A DNA stretch of 52,193 bases, taken from assembly GCA_963775895.1 (NCBI GenBank), contig CAVZKL010000015.1:1-52193 (forward strand). The letters run 5' to 3'. Shown one piece after another: positions 38,755-48,255 of this stretch (position 1 is its first letter; each line of letters opens with the position of its first letter). A model generated the notes under the pieces. The model saw only the letters and a list, made by a program, of their open reading frames with translations, was not told the origin of the DNA and ran no database searches. This DNA comes from Candidatus Bathyarchaeota archaeon. GTDB lineage: Archaea; Thermoproteota; Bathyarchaeia; Bathyarchaeales; Bathycorpusculaceae. The translations under genes were made by a program, and so were the position numbers.

Positions 38755-40179
38755 ATGGAAGAAAAGACCGTGGACGTTCTGGCGTATGTTTTGAAGAAGG
38801 TCACTCCGAACTCTGATGAACGTCGAAGCATAAACGCGCTAGCGAAAAAGTTGGAGAAGAGGGTTAGCGTCGCAGCTGAACGTTTGGGCGTTGACGCCGA
38901 GGTTCGTGTGGAAGGTTCGGTTGCGAAGGACACGTGGTTGAGCCGGGAGCCCGACGTGGATGTTTTCATGCGTGTGTCCTCTTCGATTCCGCGAGCGCAA
39001 CTAGGTGAGGTTTGTTTGAAAGTTGCAAAGGAAGCGACGAAAGGTTCAAAACAAGTGGAACGGTTCGCTGAGCATCCGTATCTTGAAGCGTTTGTTGATG
39101 GTACGCGGGTGAACCTTGTTCCGTGCTATGCTGCTGAGCGCGGGGAGTGGTTGAGTGCGACGGATCGTACGCCGTTTCACACTGATTACGTTAACGAGCG
39201 TTTAAGCGCGGAGATGCGGGGTGAGGTGCGGTTACTGAAGAAGTTCATGAAGGGCGTGGGTGTTTACGGTGCTGAAATCAAGATCGGCGGTTTCAGCGGG
39301 TACTTGTGTGAGCTTCTGATACTGCACTACGGGTCGTTCTTGAAGGTCGCTGAAGCCTTTTCTGGGCTCAGGCAGAGGCTGGTCATTGACCTTGAAAGGT
39401 TTTATGCCGGTAAGCAGAGGGATTTGGACCTGCTGTTTGATGAGCCCCTGGTGGTTGTTGATCCTGTCGACAAGGCGAGAAACGTGGCTTCCGCCGTGCG
39501 CAAACAGAGACTCTACACGCTGATCGCTGCTGTTCAAGCTTTTTTGAAGAAGCCGAGTCGGGTGTTTTTCTTCCCGCCCAAGACGGTTCCGTTCTCTGAA
39601 GGTAAGATGAGGACGGAGTTGAAGAAGCGCGGGTCGGCTATTGTTTTCGTCAGGTTTGGGAGGGTCGGTGCGGTTCCTGATATTCTGTGGGGTCAGTTGT
39701 TCAAGTCTCAGCGGAGCCTGCGGAAGCTGTTGGAGCTGAATGATTTTCGGGTTTTGCGTGATCTGCCTTGGAGTGATGAGAAGAGTTTGAACGTTTTGGT
39801 TTTCGAGTTGGAGGATTGTTGTGTTTCGCCCGTTAGGCAACATCTTGGGCCGCCGTTGGATAAGCTGGATGAGTGTGAACGGTTTGTTGCGAAGCATTTG
39901 GGCAGGGCGGGGACGGTTTGTGGGCCTTACGTTGAGGGTGGAAGATGGGTTGTCTTGGTTAAGAGGAAGTACATGGATGCGTGTGAGTTGCTTGAGGAGA
40001 AGTTAGAGGACGGGGGCAAGAGTGCCGGCGTCGCTGAGGGGCTTTCGCACGTGTTGAAGAGAGGTTTTGACGTGTTTGTGAATGAAGAGATACTGGAGAC
40101 TTATGGGAAGAATAGGCAGTTTGCATCGTTTCTGACCGATTTTCTGGTCGGTAAGCCTAAGTGGTTAATGTCCGCTTAA
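38755..40179 (+). CDS. cca: CCA-adding enzyme, archaeal class I
   Basis: EGSVAKDTWL...DVDVF, AEHPY, SATDRTPFH, GVYGAEIKIGGFSGYLCELL, DPVDKARNVA. Confidence 0.97.
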   Translation: MEEKTVDVLAYVLKKVTPNSDERRSINALAKKLEKRVSVAAERLGVDAEVRVEGSVAKDTWLSREPDVDVFMRVSSSIPRAQLGEVCLKVAKEATKGSKQVERFAEHPYLEAFVDGTRVNLVPCYAAERGEWLSATDRTPFHTDYVNERLSAEMRGEVRLLKKFMKGVGVYGAEIKIGGFSGYLCELLILHYGSFLKVAEAFSGLRQRLVIDLERFYAGKQRDLDLLFDEPLVVVDPVDKARNVASAVRKQRLYTLIAAVQAFLKKPSRVFFFPPKTVPFSEGKMRTELKKRGSAIVFVRFGRVGAVPDILWGQLFKSQRSLRKLLELNDFRVLRDLPWSDEKSLNVLVFELEDCCVSPVRQHLGPPLDKLDECERFVAKHLGRAGTVCGPYVEGGRWVVLVKRKYMDACELLEEKLEDGGKSAGVAEGLSHVLKRGFDVFVNEEILETYGKNRQFASFLTDFLVGKPKWLMSA

Positions 40180-40968
40180 GGTTAGGATTATGAGTGCGGT
40201 TCCGAGCAGGAACGTGTAGATTGCGAAGTAATGGAATCTCTTGGTTGTGACCAGTTTTGACACCATCCTGATGGCTACGTAGCCGACGACCATGGCGATG
40301 ATGGCTGCTATCAGGACGTCGAAGGAGCTTACGCCTAAGCCTGTGGTGGTGATTTGGCCGCGGTCTATGTAGGCTTCGACGGCTGTGTCGCCTATTATTG
40401 CTGGGATTGAGAGGAGGAAGCTGAATTTGAAGGCTTTTTCGCGTTTCAGTCCCAGCAGCAGTGCGGTGGAGATTGTGGCTCCGCTTCTTGAGAGTCCTGG
40501 GAAAATTGCAAAGCCCTGTGCGATGCCCATGATTATGGCTGTTGGATAGCTGATTGTTTCTGCTTTTTCTTTTCCTATTCTCGATGTGTAGAGGAGTGTG
40601 GCGCCGATGAGGAAGGTTATTCCGAAGATCCACAGTCGGTTCAGCGAGTCTTGGAGGTATTTGTCGTAGATGAGTCCGATTATGGCCGTTGGTATCGTTG
40701 CTACGATGATTAAGGGTATCATTGCGCCGTATTCTGATTTGAAGTCCAGGTGTGCTAGGGCTTTTAGGATGTTTTTGACTTCTGTTCTGAAGTAGAAGAC
40801 GACGGCGACGAGGGTTCCGAGGTGGAGGATGAGGTTGAAAAACGCTGTGCTTGTTAAGCCGAAGTAGTGTTCTGCGATTCTGAGGTGTGCGGTGCTTGAG
40901 ATTGGAAGCCATTCGGCTAAGCCTTGGATCAAGCCGAGAATGGATGTGCTCAAGAGTTGGTCAAGCAT
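40165..40968 (-). CDS. uppP: Undecaprenyl-diphosphate phosphatase (BacA/UppP family)
   Basis: GLIQGLAEWLPISSTAHL, HLGT, AQGFAIFPGLSRSGATI, FSFLLSIP. Confidence 0.95.
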   Translation of the reverse strand: MLDQLLSTSILGLIQGLAEWLPISSTAHLRIAEHYFGLTSTAFFNLILHLGTLVAVVFYFRTEVKNILKALAHLDFKSEYGAMIPLIIVATIPTAIIGLIYDKYLQDSLNRLWIFGITFLIGATLLYTSRIGKEKAETISYPTAIIMGIAQGFAIFPGLSRSGATISTALLLGLKREKAFKFSFLLSIPAIIGDTAVEAYIDRGQITTTGLGVSSFDVLIAAIIAMVVGYVAIRMVSKLVTTKRFHYFAIYTFLLGTALIILTLSGH

Positions 40969-41112
40969 GCCGTTGAGCCAGCTTTGGTTTTCTAAGGATT
41001 AGTTCGCTTTGGTTATTAATCGTTTGGCGAAGAAACGCTTCGAGAGAGTGTGCAAACGTGTCGGTTGATGCTTGTTCATGGTAAGTTCGATTGATACGTG
41101 GAAATGGAAAGT

Positions 41113-41436
41113 TCAAGGAGATTTGAAGTAATGTTGAGTATTGATTCCGTTCTTGTACTGTTTGTTGTTGTTGGTGCCGAGCAATTGTTGAATGCAGCCA
41201 AAAAGCGATAGAAAGCGAATGCCTTTTTCAGTCGTTTTGTACTCGTCAGTGTACGTGCACCAGTCCAAAAGTCCAATTGTGGTTGTGAGAGTGAGGTAAT
41301 GCTCCAGCCGTTCCGAGCTTAGGTTTGCTCTGCGTCTGATTTGATTCTTGGAGGCTGTTCCCTTTGCCGTCTCCAAGAATCCTGCTATTATTGACAATTG
41401 ATCTCGTCTAGCAGGACCTAGGTCTGAAAGCTCCAT
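41113..41436 (-). CDS. Winged-helix (ArnR1-like/HTH_45) DNA-binding protein
   Basis: Likely start MELSDL at 41436; RRDQLSIIAGFL...KNQIRRRANLS...YL...GLL...YKTTEKGIRFL. Confidence 0.75.
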   Translation of the reverse strand: MELSDLGPARRDQLSIIAGFLETAKGTASKNQIRRRANLSSERLEHYLTLTTTIGLLDWCTYTDEYKTTEKGIRFLSLFGCIQQLLGTNNNKQYKNGINTQHYFKSP

Positions 41437-41476
41437 TGGGTGGACCCCTTGCGCGGGTGCTCCTTGTCTAAGAGAA

Positions 41477-41557
41477 CAGACCGCGCTGCCAAAATCACGC
41501 ACAGTCCGCGTCCAACTAAAGGGATAGGATAGGTAGATTACTTGACAGCGCGGTCTG
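41477..41557. repeat. 16-bp inverted repeat (CAGACCGCGCTGCCAA / TTGACAGCGCGGTCTG)
   Basis: Arms 41477-41492 and 41542-41557, 15/16 Watson-Crick; the mismatch is a G-U pair on the minus-strand RNA. Confidence 0.8.
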
Positions 41558-41830
41558 CTAATATCAACGTGCGTGTTGACGCGTAAATAAGTCTTTTGAA
41601 TTATTTGTATAGAGGATTTTTCTATTCTTTGCAAAGAAGATGTTGCGTTGCCCCGATTGCTTTACAGAAAGTAACGGGTTGAATCATGTGAAAAACTGCG
41701 AGTTCAAAAGGCGGTAAGAAAATTTGGGAGTCCTGTATCGCGTGGTCTTTTGAGAGGTTTGATGGCATGTTTACTGATTGTTTAGCGTCCAAGCGTGTTT
41801 TGGGTGCGCGTCGTTTGGTATTTGGTCGTT

Positions 41831-42493
41831 CTAGTTCAGTTTGAACTCCTCGCCTTCTTGTAGCAGTACTACTTGGACTTCTGATTTTGCGTTCACTTTT
41901 TTCTTGAAGTCTTCACGGTCTGTCTCCCATGCATGCATGGGCATGGCTGTCTTTGGGTTGATTGCTATTGCAGCTTCGGCGGCTTCAGAATTGTCCATCG
42001 TGTATTTGTCTCCTGTGGGGAGTAGCAGATCTATGCTGTGGAGTTCGCGCATTTCGGGGATGAAATCGGTGTCTCCTGCGTGGTAGATGGTTTTGCCTTC
42101 GGTTCTTATTAGGTAACCCACGCCGTAGCCTTTGGGATGCCAAGGTTTTCCTGACGGTTTGAACCGTTTGAAATTGTAGGCTTCGATCGCTTCGATGGTT
42201 ACGTTGTCGACGGTGATTTTTGCTTTGGGTTTGAGTGTTTTGACGTTGCCTTCGATTCTTTTGGCGCAGTTTTTGGGGGCGATAATGATTGTGTCTTTTT
42301 TGGTTAGCTTTTTGATTTTTGGGGGACTGCAGTGGTCGCCGTGATTATGGGTTACAAGGATGATGTCTGCTTTCTCGGGGGTTTCGACCGTTTTTCCGTA
42401 TTTTCTCAGGTCGATGTAGATGATTGTGTCTTTGGCTTTTATTTGGAAGCTGGCGTGACCCAGCCATCTGACGTAAATTGCCATTTTGGTCAC
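41831..42493 (-). CDS. MBL-fold metallo-hydrolase
   Basis: WLGHASF, THNHGDH, YHAGDTD, PMH. Confidence 0.9.
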   Translation of the reverse strand: MTKMAIYVRWLGHASFQIKAKDTIIYIDLRKYGKTVETPEKADIILVTHNHGDHCSPPKIKKLTKKDTIIIAPKNCAKRIEGNVKTLKPKAKITVDNVTIEAIEAYNFKRFKPSGKPWHPKGYGVGYLIRTEGKTIYHAGDTDFIPEMRELHSIDLLLPTGDKYTMDNSEAAEAAIAINPKTAMPMHAWETDREDFKKKVNAKSEVQVVLLQEGEEFKLN

Positions 42494-42528
42494 GACTGCA
42501 TCTATTGATTGATGGTGAATATATTATA

Positions 42529-42717
42529 CTGTCGGGTCTTTTGAGTGGAAACGGAGCGAAGGCGATTGACGGTAAGCTGCGGAAGCTGGGTTTCAAGACG
42601 GTTGCAGGGCCGCTAGTACTTATGTTGAAGACAGAAGAATGAGTTTCAGATTAAAGTTGGCGGGAGATGGAAAGCAAAGAGTTGGGCGCGACTCTTGCCG
42701 AAGCGCTTTCCAAGTAG
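42529..42717 (+). pseudogene. Flavodoxin C-terminal remnant
   Basis: Pieces across frames: SGNGAKAIDGKLRKLGFKTVAGPLV / TYVED / EMESKELGATLAEALSK*. No N-terminal FMN loop. Confidence 0.5.
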
Positions 42718-42880
42718 GACTGTTGTCACATTGCGTCTTATATCTGTGAATTAGGTTTGTTTTGGTTCTTATGGCGGATTTCTTCATTTCATCATTGAGG
42801 GTTGGTCACAGTTTGTGATGACGTGTTGAGACTTAGCTTTAAGAGAATGTCAATCCTTTTTTGGATTGATGTGAGCGGGT

Positions 42881-43862
42881 TTGAAAGCTGATGGACTGAA
42901 CGATAATGTTTTGGTTAGGGATTTTCGTAAGTCTGATTTGGATGATTTGCTGCGTCTTCTGCCCGTGTGTAATGCTGAGGAGTTTAAGGTCACTGGGTTT
43001 GATCCTGACCATGTCAGGGGAATGGTCAACCGTTTTTTCGGTTGGGGTGGCAGATTTTTGTTCGGATTTTTGAGGTTGTTCGGGAAAAGACCATTGAAGT
43101 TTCTGGCTGCAGAAACTGATGGCAAGCTCGTCGGTACGACGATCGTTGAAGACAGGGGGAAAATTGAGTTCGATTTCCGTAGTGATGGTTGATCCGGATT
43201 ACAGGAGGAGAGGGATTGCCACAAGACTGATGACACGTGCGCTTGAGTGTGTTCGTCGAAGGGGAAAGGTGAGAGCGGTGTTGAGTGTGCTGTCGACGAA
43301 TGTTCCTGCGATGGACATGTATGTTAAACTGGGGTTCAGAGCTTTTGAGCATTCTATTTATTTTGTTGGAGAAACAGGTTCATTTGTCGCACCGGAAGAC
43401 GTTGATGGAGTTGTGATCAGGCCCTTCCGGAATGACGATTTGGATGAGGTTTACACGCTCGTTGTGGCTTCGGAGGATCCTGTTCGATTGAAGATGTACG
43501 ATTTCAGGAAGAGCAATTTGAAGACGCCGTTTCTGGCGCGTTTTTTCCGTACGGCGAAGGAAATGAGATTTGTTGCAGTGTTTAATGGCAGAATAGTTGG
43601 ATACGCTGAAGTTTCGTACACGACTCCTAACGAAGTGGGCAGGATCGGCTTCATATACGCTAACGTCGAGGGCAGGAAGCTCGGCGTTGAGAAACTGCTT
43701 GTGAATGCGGCTCGACGCGTGGTTGAAAATGCCGGTGTGAATAGATTTCGCATAATCGTTCCTTCAACGCAGCAGGAGTTGGTTGAAACGGTGAAAGCGT
43801 TGGGGTTCAAGGAAGCTTCACGGTTGATGGAATGGTGGCAGAATTTTCCTGATCTGCTGTGA
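42881..43862 (+). CDS. Tandem GNAT acetyltransferase (frameshifted)
   Basis: VRDFRKSDL..., then VMVDPDYRRRGIATRLM, NVPAMDMYVKLGF and a second GNAT domain. Indels near 43160 and probably 43817. Confidence 0.85.
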
Positions 43863-44013
43863 TGTGTACGTTACCGCACAACATTACCACGACTGTTGCC
43901 TCGGATCCAAGGAGGGTCAGTTACCTTGGCAAAGATTTGTCAGCGCGTGTGCTTTTTGAAAGGCTAATTAGTGTTTGATTGTTAACTGTTTAACAGTCTA
44001 CGGGTGCTTGAGT

Positions 44014-44550
44014 ATGAGTGGTTATCCGGTTGGAAGCGGTGAAGATCGAGAGATGCTGAAGAAGATGTCTACGGAGAAGCTGTTGGACTATTTCTTTTTG
44101 CAGATAAGAAACCTGTGGCGAGTGGACGGGCTTTACTTCTTGGGCATTGAGAAGAAGTTTGGAACGGAAGCGGCAACAGAGATCGACGCGGGAGTCTGGG
44201 AGACGATGGCTGGAATCGAAGCGAAAACTCTGGGGAAGATGTTTGGGATAAGCGAGAGCCCAGATGTGCCTACGATAATGGATCTGCTGCGGAGATCAAG
44301 CTGGGCACTCGATCAGCCGTTTAAGACTGTTGAAGTGAACGCCAAGCGTGCAGTTCTAGGCGTGGATCGGTGTAGAACACAGGAGACGCGGCTGGACAAG
44401 GGATTGGAGGAGTTTCCCTGCAAGAAGGTTCGGTATGGTTACTTGAAGGGCTTTGCCAAATCACTGAACCCCGACGTGAAAGTGAACTGTTTGGTCTGTC
44501 CGCCGGATAAGCATCCGAGAGACTCTTGGTGCAAATGGGAATTTACGTAG
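44014..44550 (+). CDS. DUF6125-family protein (4VR/ATC-hydrolase-like Cys motif)
   Basis: WRVDGLYFLGIE, CRTQETR, FPCK, CLVCPPDKHP...WCKWEF. Confidence 0.8.
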   Translation: MSGYPVGSGEDREMLKKMSTEKLLDYFFLQIRNLWRVDGLYFLGIEKKFGTEAATEIDAGVWETMAGIEAKTLGKMFGISESPDVPTIMDLLRRSSWALDQPFKTVEVNAKRAVLGVDRCRTQETRLDKGLEEFPCKKVRYGYLKGFAKSLNPDVKVNCLVCPPDKHPRDSWCKWEFT

Positions 44551-44660
44551 TGATTTAAGGACTTACATCAGCGCGCTTTTCAATTTGCTACGTTTCCCAT
44601 GGTTTGAGATTCTTAGCTCAAAGTTATCCGCTGTTGCACTAAGGCCATATCATAGAAAAT

Positions 44661-45256
44661 TCACAGTTGATCTACCCTCACGTGCGCGATCATCGGCTTG
44701 ATCACTGCCGCGGGCGTGCTCCATGTCCTGTAAGCGTGCGAGTGTTCCGTAACTTCCACATGTTCGATCACAATCACCGCTCCAATCACCACTCGGTGAT
44801 CCACTTCTCCTGTTATCGAGACTCCGAGCGTGATCTCGCACGGAGATCCATTTCTTGTGAACAGAGGCGACCTGAATCCCATTGACCTGCATCTGATAAT
44901 CGTGCTCAGTGAAGTTCCCATAGATGCGCATGAACTCAACCCCGTCTTTTTCCACCCAGAACTCTTCCCCGATCAACTTGACGATCTTCTTTCTTATGGT
45001 TCCCAGTTCCTTTCCAGTGTTGTCATAGAAGGTGAACTGGTTTCGGAGCGAGATCACCTTCCCTTCGAGGTGCATCAACTCTGAACCGCTGCTATCAATC
45101 GACGACAAACTTTGCTGGGAACTGAAAGAGATTGCCATCAGCCTCTCCAAGTTTCATCCCAGCCCTATCCTCCAGGTCATAGTGCTCACGCACAGAGAGT
45201 ATCTTCTTCTTCAGCACGAGATCGTTGATTCCCAGAAGAGAATTCGGATCGCTCAT
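44661..45256 (-). CDS. LURP-one/scramblase-like (Tubby C2) protein (two frameshifts)
   Basis: LVLKKKILSVREHYDLED / ISLRNQFTFYD...GNFTEHDYQM...VHKKWISVRD / LGVSITGEVDHRVVIGAVIVIE across three frames. Confidence 0.8.
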
Positions 45257-45303
45257 TCTACTCGCTCCGTTTGATATTTTCAATGACTTACCAAGCGCGC
45301 GCG

Positions 45304-45317
45304 TTTATAAATTTTCG
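45304..45317 (-). promoter_or_regulatory. BRE-TATA (CGAAAA-TTTATAAA) for the LURP gene
   Basis: Canonical archaeal promoter about 48 nt upstream of the start, immediately followed by a (GC)n tract. Confidence 0.65.
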
Positions 45318-45371
45318 TCGGCGGTGAGACTTGAACCTCTAGGAAAGCTGGAATATTAGCGCGTGCCGGCT

Positions 45372-46316
45372 TCAGACAAGTTGCAGTTCGTAGGAGGCGC
45401 TCTTATTATAGACTTGGAAACCGACCTTCTCGTAGAGTCTCATCGCTTGCGTCGGATTCTGATCATCCACATAAAGTAGCGCGTCTTCCATTCCTTGGGT
45501 CTTCAGGTGAGACATAGCTTGAAGCATCAAGGTCGTGCCCACGTCTCTTCGTCTGTACTGTTTGAGGACGCCTATGTCCAAGATCCAGCCGTGCCTAGCG
45601 TTTTTTTCTCGATTCAATCTTTCATCGACTCCCGTTACGACGTAGCCCACGGGTTGATCGTCGATCGTTGCAAACCACGCCTTCTGGTTTTTCCAGAACG
45701 GTGACCCAAACAGTAGGTATCTCGTTTCTTCGATGGTCACTGGTCTGTAGTTGAAGTGTTCCTTGAAAGCTTCATTTTCGAGACGCGTAATCAGACTGAT
45801 CTCTTCATCGTCTGTCAGTCGTGCTTCTCTCAGATTGGTTGATGCGTTCTTTTCCGTGTCTAGTGGACAATCAGCGAGAATTCGTTTCATCCGACTCGAG
45901 GTTCTGACACGTTCGAAGCCGAAGGTCTCATAAATGTGCGTGCAAACGAGTCTGTCGGTTTGCGCCCAAGCAGCGGCAACCTTCATTCCTTTCTCTCTAA
46001 GAATCGCGATTGCTGTCTTGACAAGTTCCTTTGCTATTCCTCTGCGTCTATACTCAGGCAGAACTGCGAGATTTTGAATGAACCCTTTTCTGTCCTCTCT
46101 GTACTTATCAACCTGAGCTTGAACCATTCCCGCAGTCTGGCCATCCCATTCCCCAAACAGAAGCCCATCAAGGATATAGATCGGAGCATTCGCAACAGTC
46201 TTGGCTTCTTCAAGAGTCACGCCTCTCATGTCGTCGTAGTCCGAGAATGCAGCATTGAAGACTTTCACGTACTCCTGTTCATCGACGTCTTTTCGGAAAG
46301 GTCTGATCTTGAGCAA
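45372..46316 (-). CDS. Tandem GNAT acetyltransferase (MshD-like architecture)
   Basis: Two AcCoA motifs (VLPEYRRRGIA, VLKQYRRRDVG); NPTQAMRLYEKVGF. Confidence 0.9.
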   Translation of the reverse strand: MLKIRPFRKDVDEQEYVKVFNAAFSDYDDMRGVTLEEAKTVANAPIYILDGLLFGEWDGQTAGMVQAQVDKYREDRKGFIQNLAVLPEYRRRGIAKELVKTAIAILREKGMKVAAAWAQTDRLVCTHIYETFGFERVRTSSRMKRILADCPLDTEKNASTNLREARLTDDEEISLITRLENEAFKEHFNYRPVTIEETRYLLFGSPFWKNQKAWFATIDDQPVGYVVTGVDERLNREKNARHGWILDIGVLKQYRRRDVGTTLMLQAMSHLKTQGMEDALLYVDDQNPTQAMRLYEKVGFQVYNKSASYELQLV

Positions 46317-46609
46317 CCTGGCTCACCAGAAAGCTTCCTAAACAAATGAGTTAGAACATTTAAACATTATCGATTCAAGGTTGCGTGTCATTCTCACTGC
46401 AATCGTCTGCTTGACCTATTAGCGCGCGCTTAAATCACCGAAACCCTTGAATGGCATAACGTTTTGTTTGGAGGATAGAATCCGCTCGGCAAGCTTCGTG
46501 CGAATTGCAGAAGAGGAACTATCACTCAGTCCAAAAAAGGAAAGGCAAAGTGCACATACTCCTAAATATACGCTTAACAAAGAATTGCTGAAACAGAGAG
46601 GAATAGGAC

Positions 46610-47667
46610 TTGACTGATCAAGTCTATGAGCGTCTCACTGAAGCTTTGGATCGACTTCCGAACGGGTTTCCCAGAACGCCTTCAAGAGTTGAGGTTCGAA
46701 TTCTGAAAAAGATATTTTCGTCTGAAGAGGCGAGAATCGCAAGCCAACTGTGTGGGTCATTGGAATCGGTCGACAAGATAGCGAGGAGGATCGGGCTTCC
46801 TAGTTGAAGAAGCACAAGAAAGGCTGATCAAGATGGCTAAGCGTGGGCTGGTCTGGTATGAGGACGTGAACGGAAAGCCGTGCTTCAGGCTCGCACCCTT
46901 CGTGGTTGGAATCTACGAGGCCCAACTGGAAACCATGGACCACGAACTTGCTCACCTTAGTCGAGGAATACCTCGCAAACGGCGGAGCCATTGGTATAAT
47001 GAAGCCTCAACCAGCTCTCCACCGTGTTATCCCTGCACAGAAAGCCGTCAAATCCGAGTTGATTCTCCCGTACGATGATGTCAAAGAAATCCTTCTAAAC
47101 TCCAAATCCTTCGGTCTGCGCGACTGCGTGTGCAGAGTACAGCAGAAACATCTAGGCCACAAATGTGAATTCCCGCTTCGAACTTGCCTGTTCTTCTCAG
47201 ATAACGAGCGTCGTCCCCACAGGTATACTGTGTCAAAAGAGGAGGCCCTAGCCTTCCTCGACAAAGCCGAAGAAACAGGCCTAGTCCACACCGTCAGCAA
47301 CGTCATGAAGGGTGTCGGCTACGTCTGCAACTGTTGTGGCTGCTGCTGCGGCATACTCCGGGGCATCAACGAGTGGGGCATAGAAAACAGCGTTGCTCAC
47401 GCCAACTACTTCGCCACGATAGACCCTGACACGTGCGTCAACTGCGGAACATGCAGAACCAGATGCCAAGTACACGCCATAACCGAACAAGACGGCGTAT
47501 CAGTCGTAGACCTCAAAAAGTGCATCGGGTGCGGGCTTTGCGTCACGGGCTGCCCAAACGACGCAGCACAACTCAAACGCAAAAGACAAAAAGAAATCAT
47601 CAACCCCCCACGAGACTTCGCAACATGGGAGCACGAACGACTCCACAACAGAGGACTAGCAAAATAG
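46610..47667 (+). CDS. Fe-S protein: N-terminal HTH-like region, Cys-rich core, C-terminal 2x[4Fe-4S] (two frameshifts)
   Basis: LPNGFPRT...; KMAKRGLV; CVCR, CNCCGCCCG; CVNCGTCRTRC and CIGCGLCVTGCP. Indels near 46800 and 46958. Confidence 0.85.
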
Positions 47668-47693
47668 CTATACCTCAAAGAGGAAGAATCACA

Positions 47694-48188
47694 ATGGAAC
47701 TTGAGAAGCCAACGTATCGTCGAGCCACCATCAACGATGTCGATTCGCTAGTCGAGTACAGAATTCGCTTCCTCAAAGAACGTGCGGCACACAAAGGCCA
47801 CGTGCCAAAGGAAGCTGAAACCCGAACTCTCAAAAAGAATCTGCGAGAATACTTTTCAAAAGCAATTCCCTCTCACGATTTCATCGCCCTGTTCGCCGAA
47901 AAAAACGGAAAGATCATAGGCACAGGCGCACTTGTCGTGTGGCAAAGCCCCCCAAGATACGGAGGACTCCAATCCGGCAGAGCCGGTTACATTCTCAACC
48001 TGTACACCGTTCCCGAAGCCAGAAGAATGGGCATCTGCACACACTTATTGAACGAACTGATCAAAGAAGCAAAAACGCTGGGGCTGAAGTACCTTCATCT
48101 CCGCGCCACCAAAGACGGAATAAACATCTACAGGAGAGCAGGGTTCAAGGAACCCGAAGACCAAGAACTGCAAACGACGCTCAAATAG
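47694..48188 (+). CDS. GNAT N-acetyltransferase
   Basis: Start MELEKP after GAGGA; YILNLYTVPEARRMGI, ATKDGINIYRRAGF. Confidence 0.9.
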   Translation: MELEKPTYRRATINDVDSLVEYRIRFLKERAAHKGHVPKEAETRTLKKNLREYFSKAIPSHDFIALFAEKNGKIIGTGALVVWQSPPRYGGLQSGRAGYILNLYTVPEARRMGICTHLLNELIKEAKTLGLKYLHLRATKDGINIYRRAGFKEPEDQELQTTLK

Positions 48189-48255
48189 AGCTCGTGTGCT
48201 TGCATTAACAACAAGATAGGAATTAATTGGCAACGCACAGTTAATTCAAGTGAGA

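Noticed and set aside
40157-40912. Long alternative-frame ORFs (also 35933-36478, 39232-39897, 28661-29038, and the 5' extension 47433-47693)
   Set aside because: Shadows of well-supported genes, favoured by strand-skewed codon usage; low-complexity R/N/H/P sequences with no motifs.
48195-48246. attC-like site (ATTAAC...GTTAAT with a short TGTGC-TTGC/GCAACGCACA stem) between GNAT and VOC
   Set aside because: Too short, no L-box pairing between the R boxes, not repeated at other genes, no integron integrase in the window.
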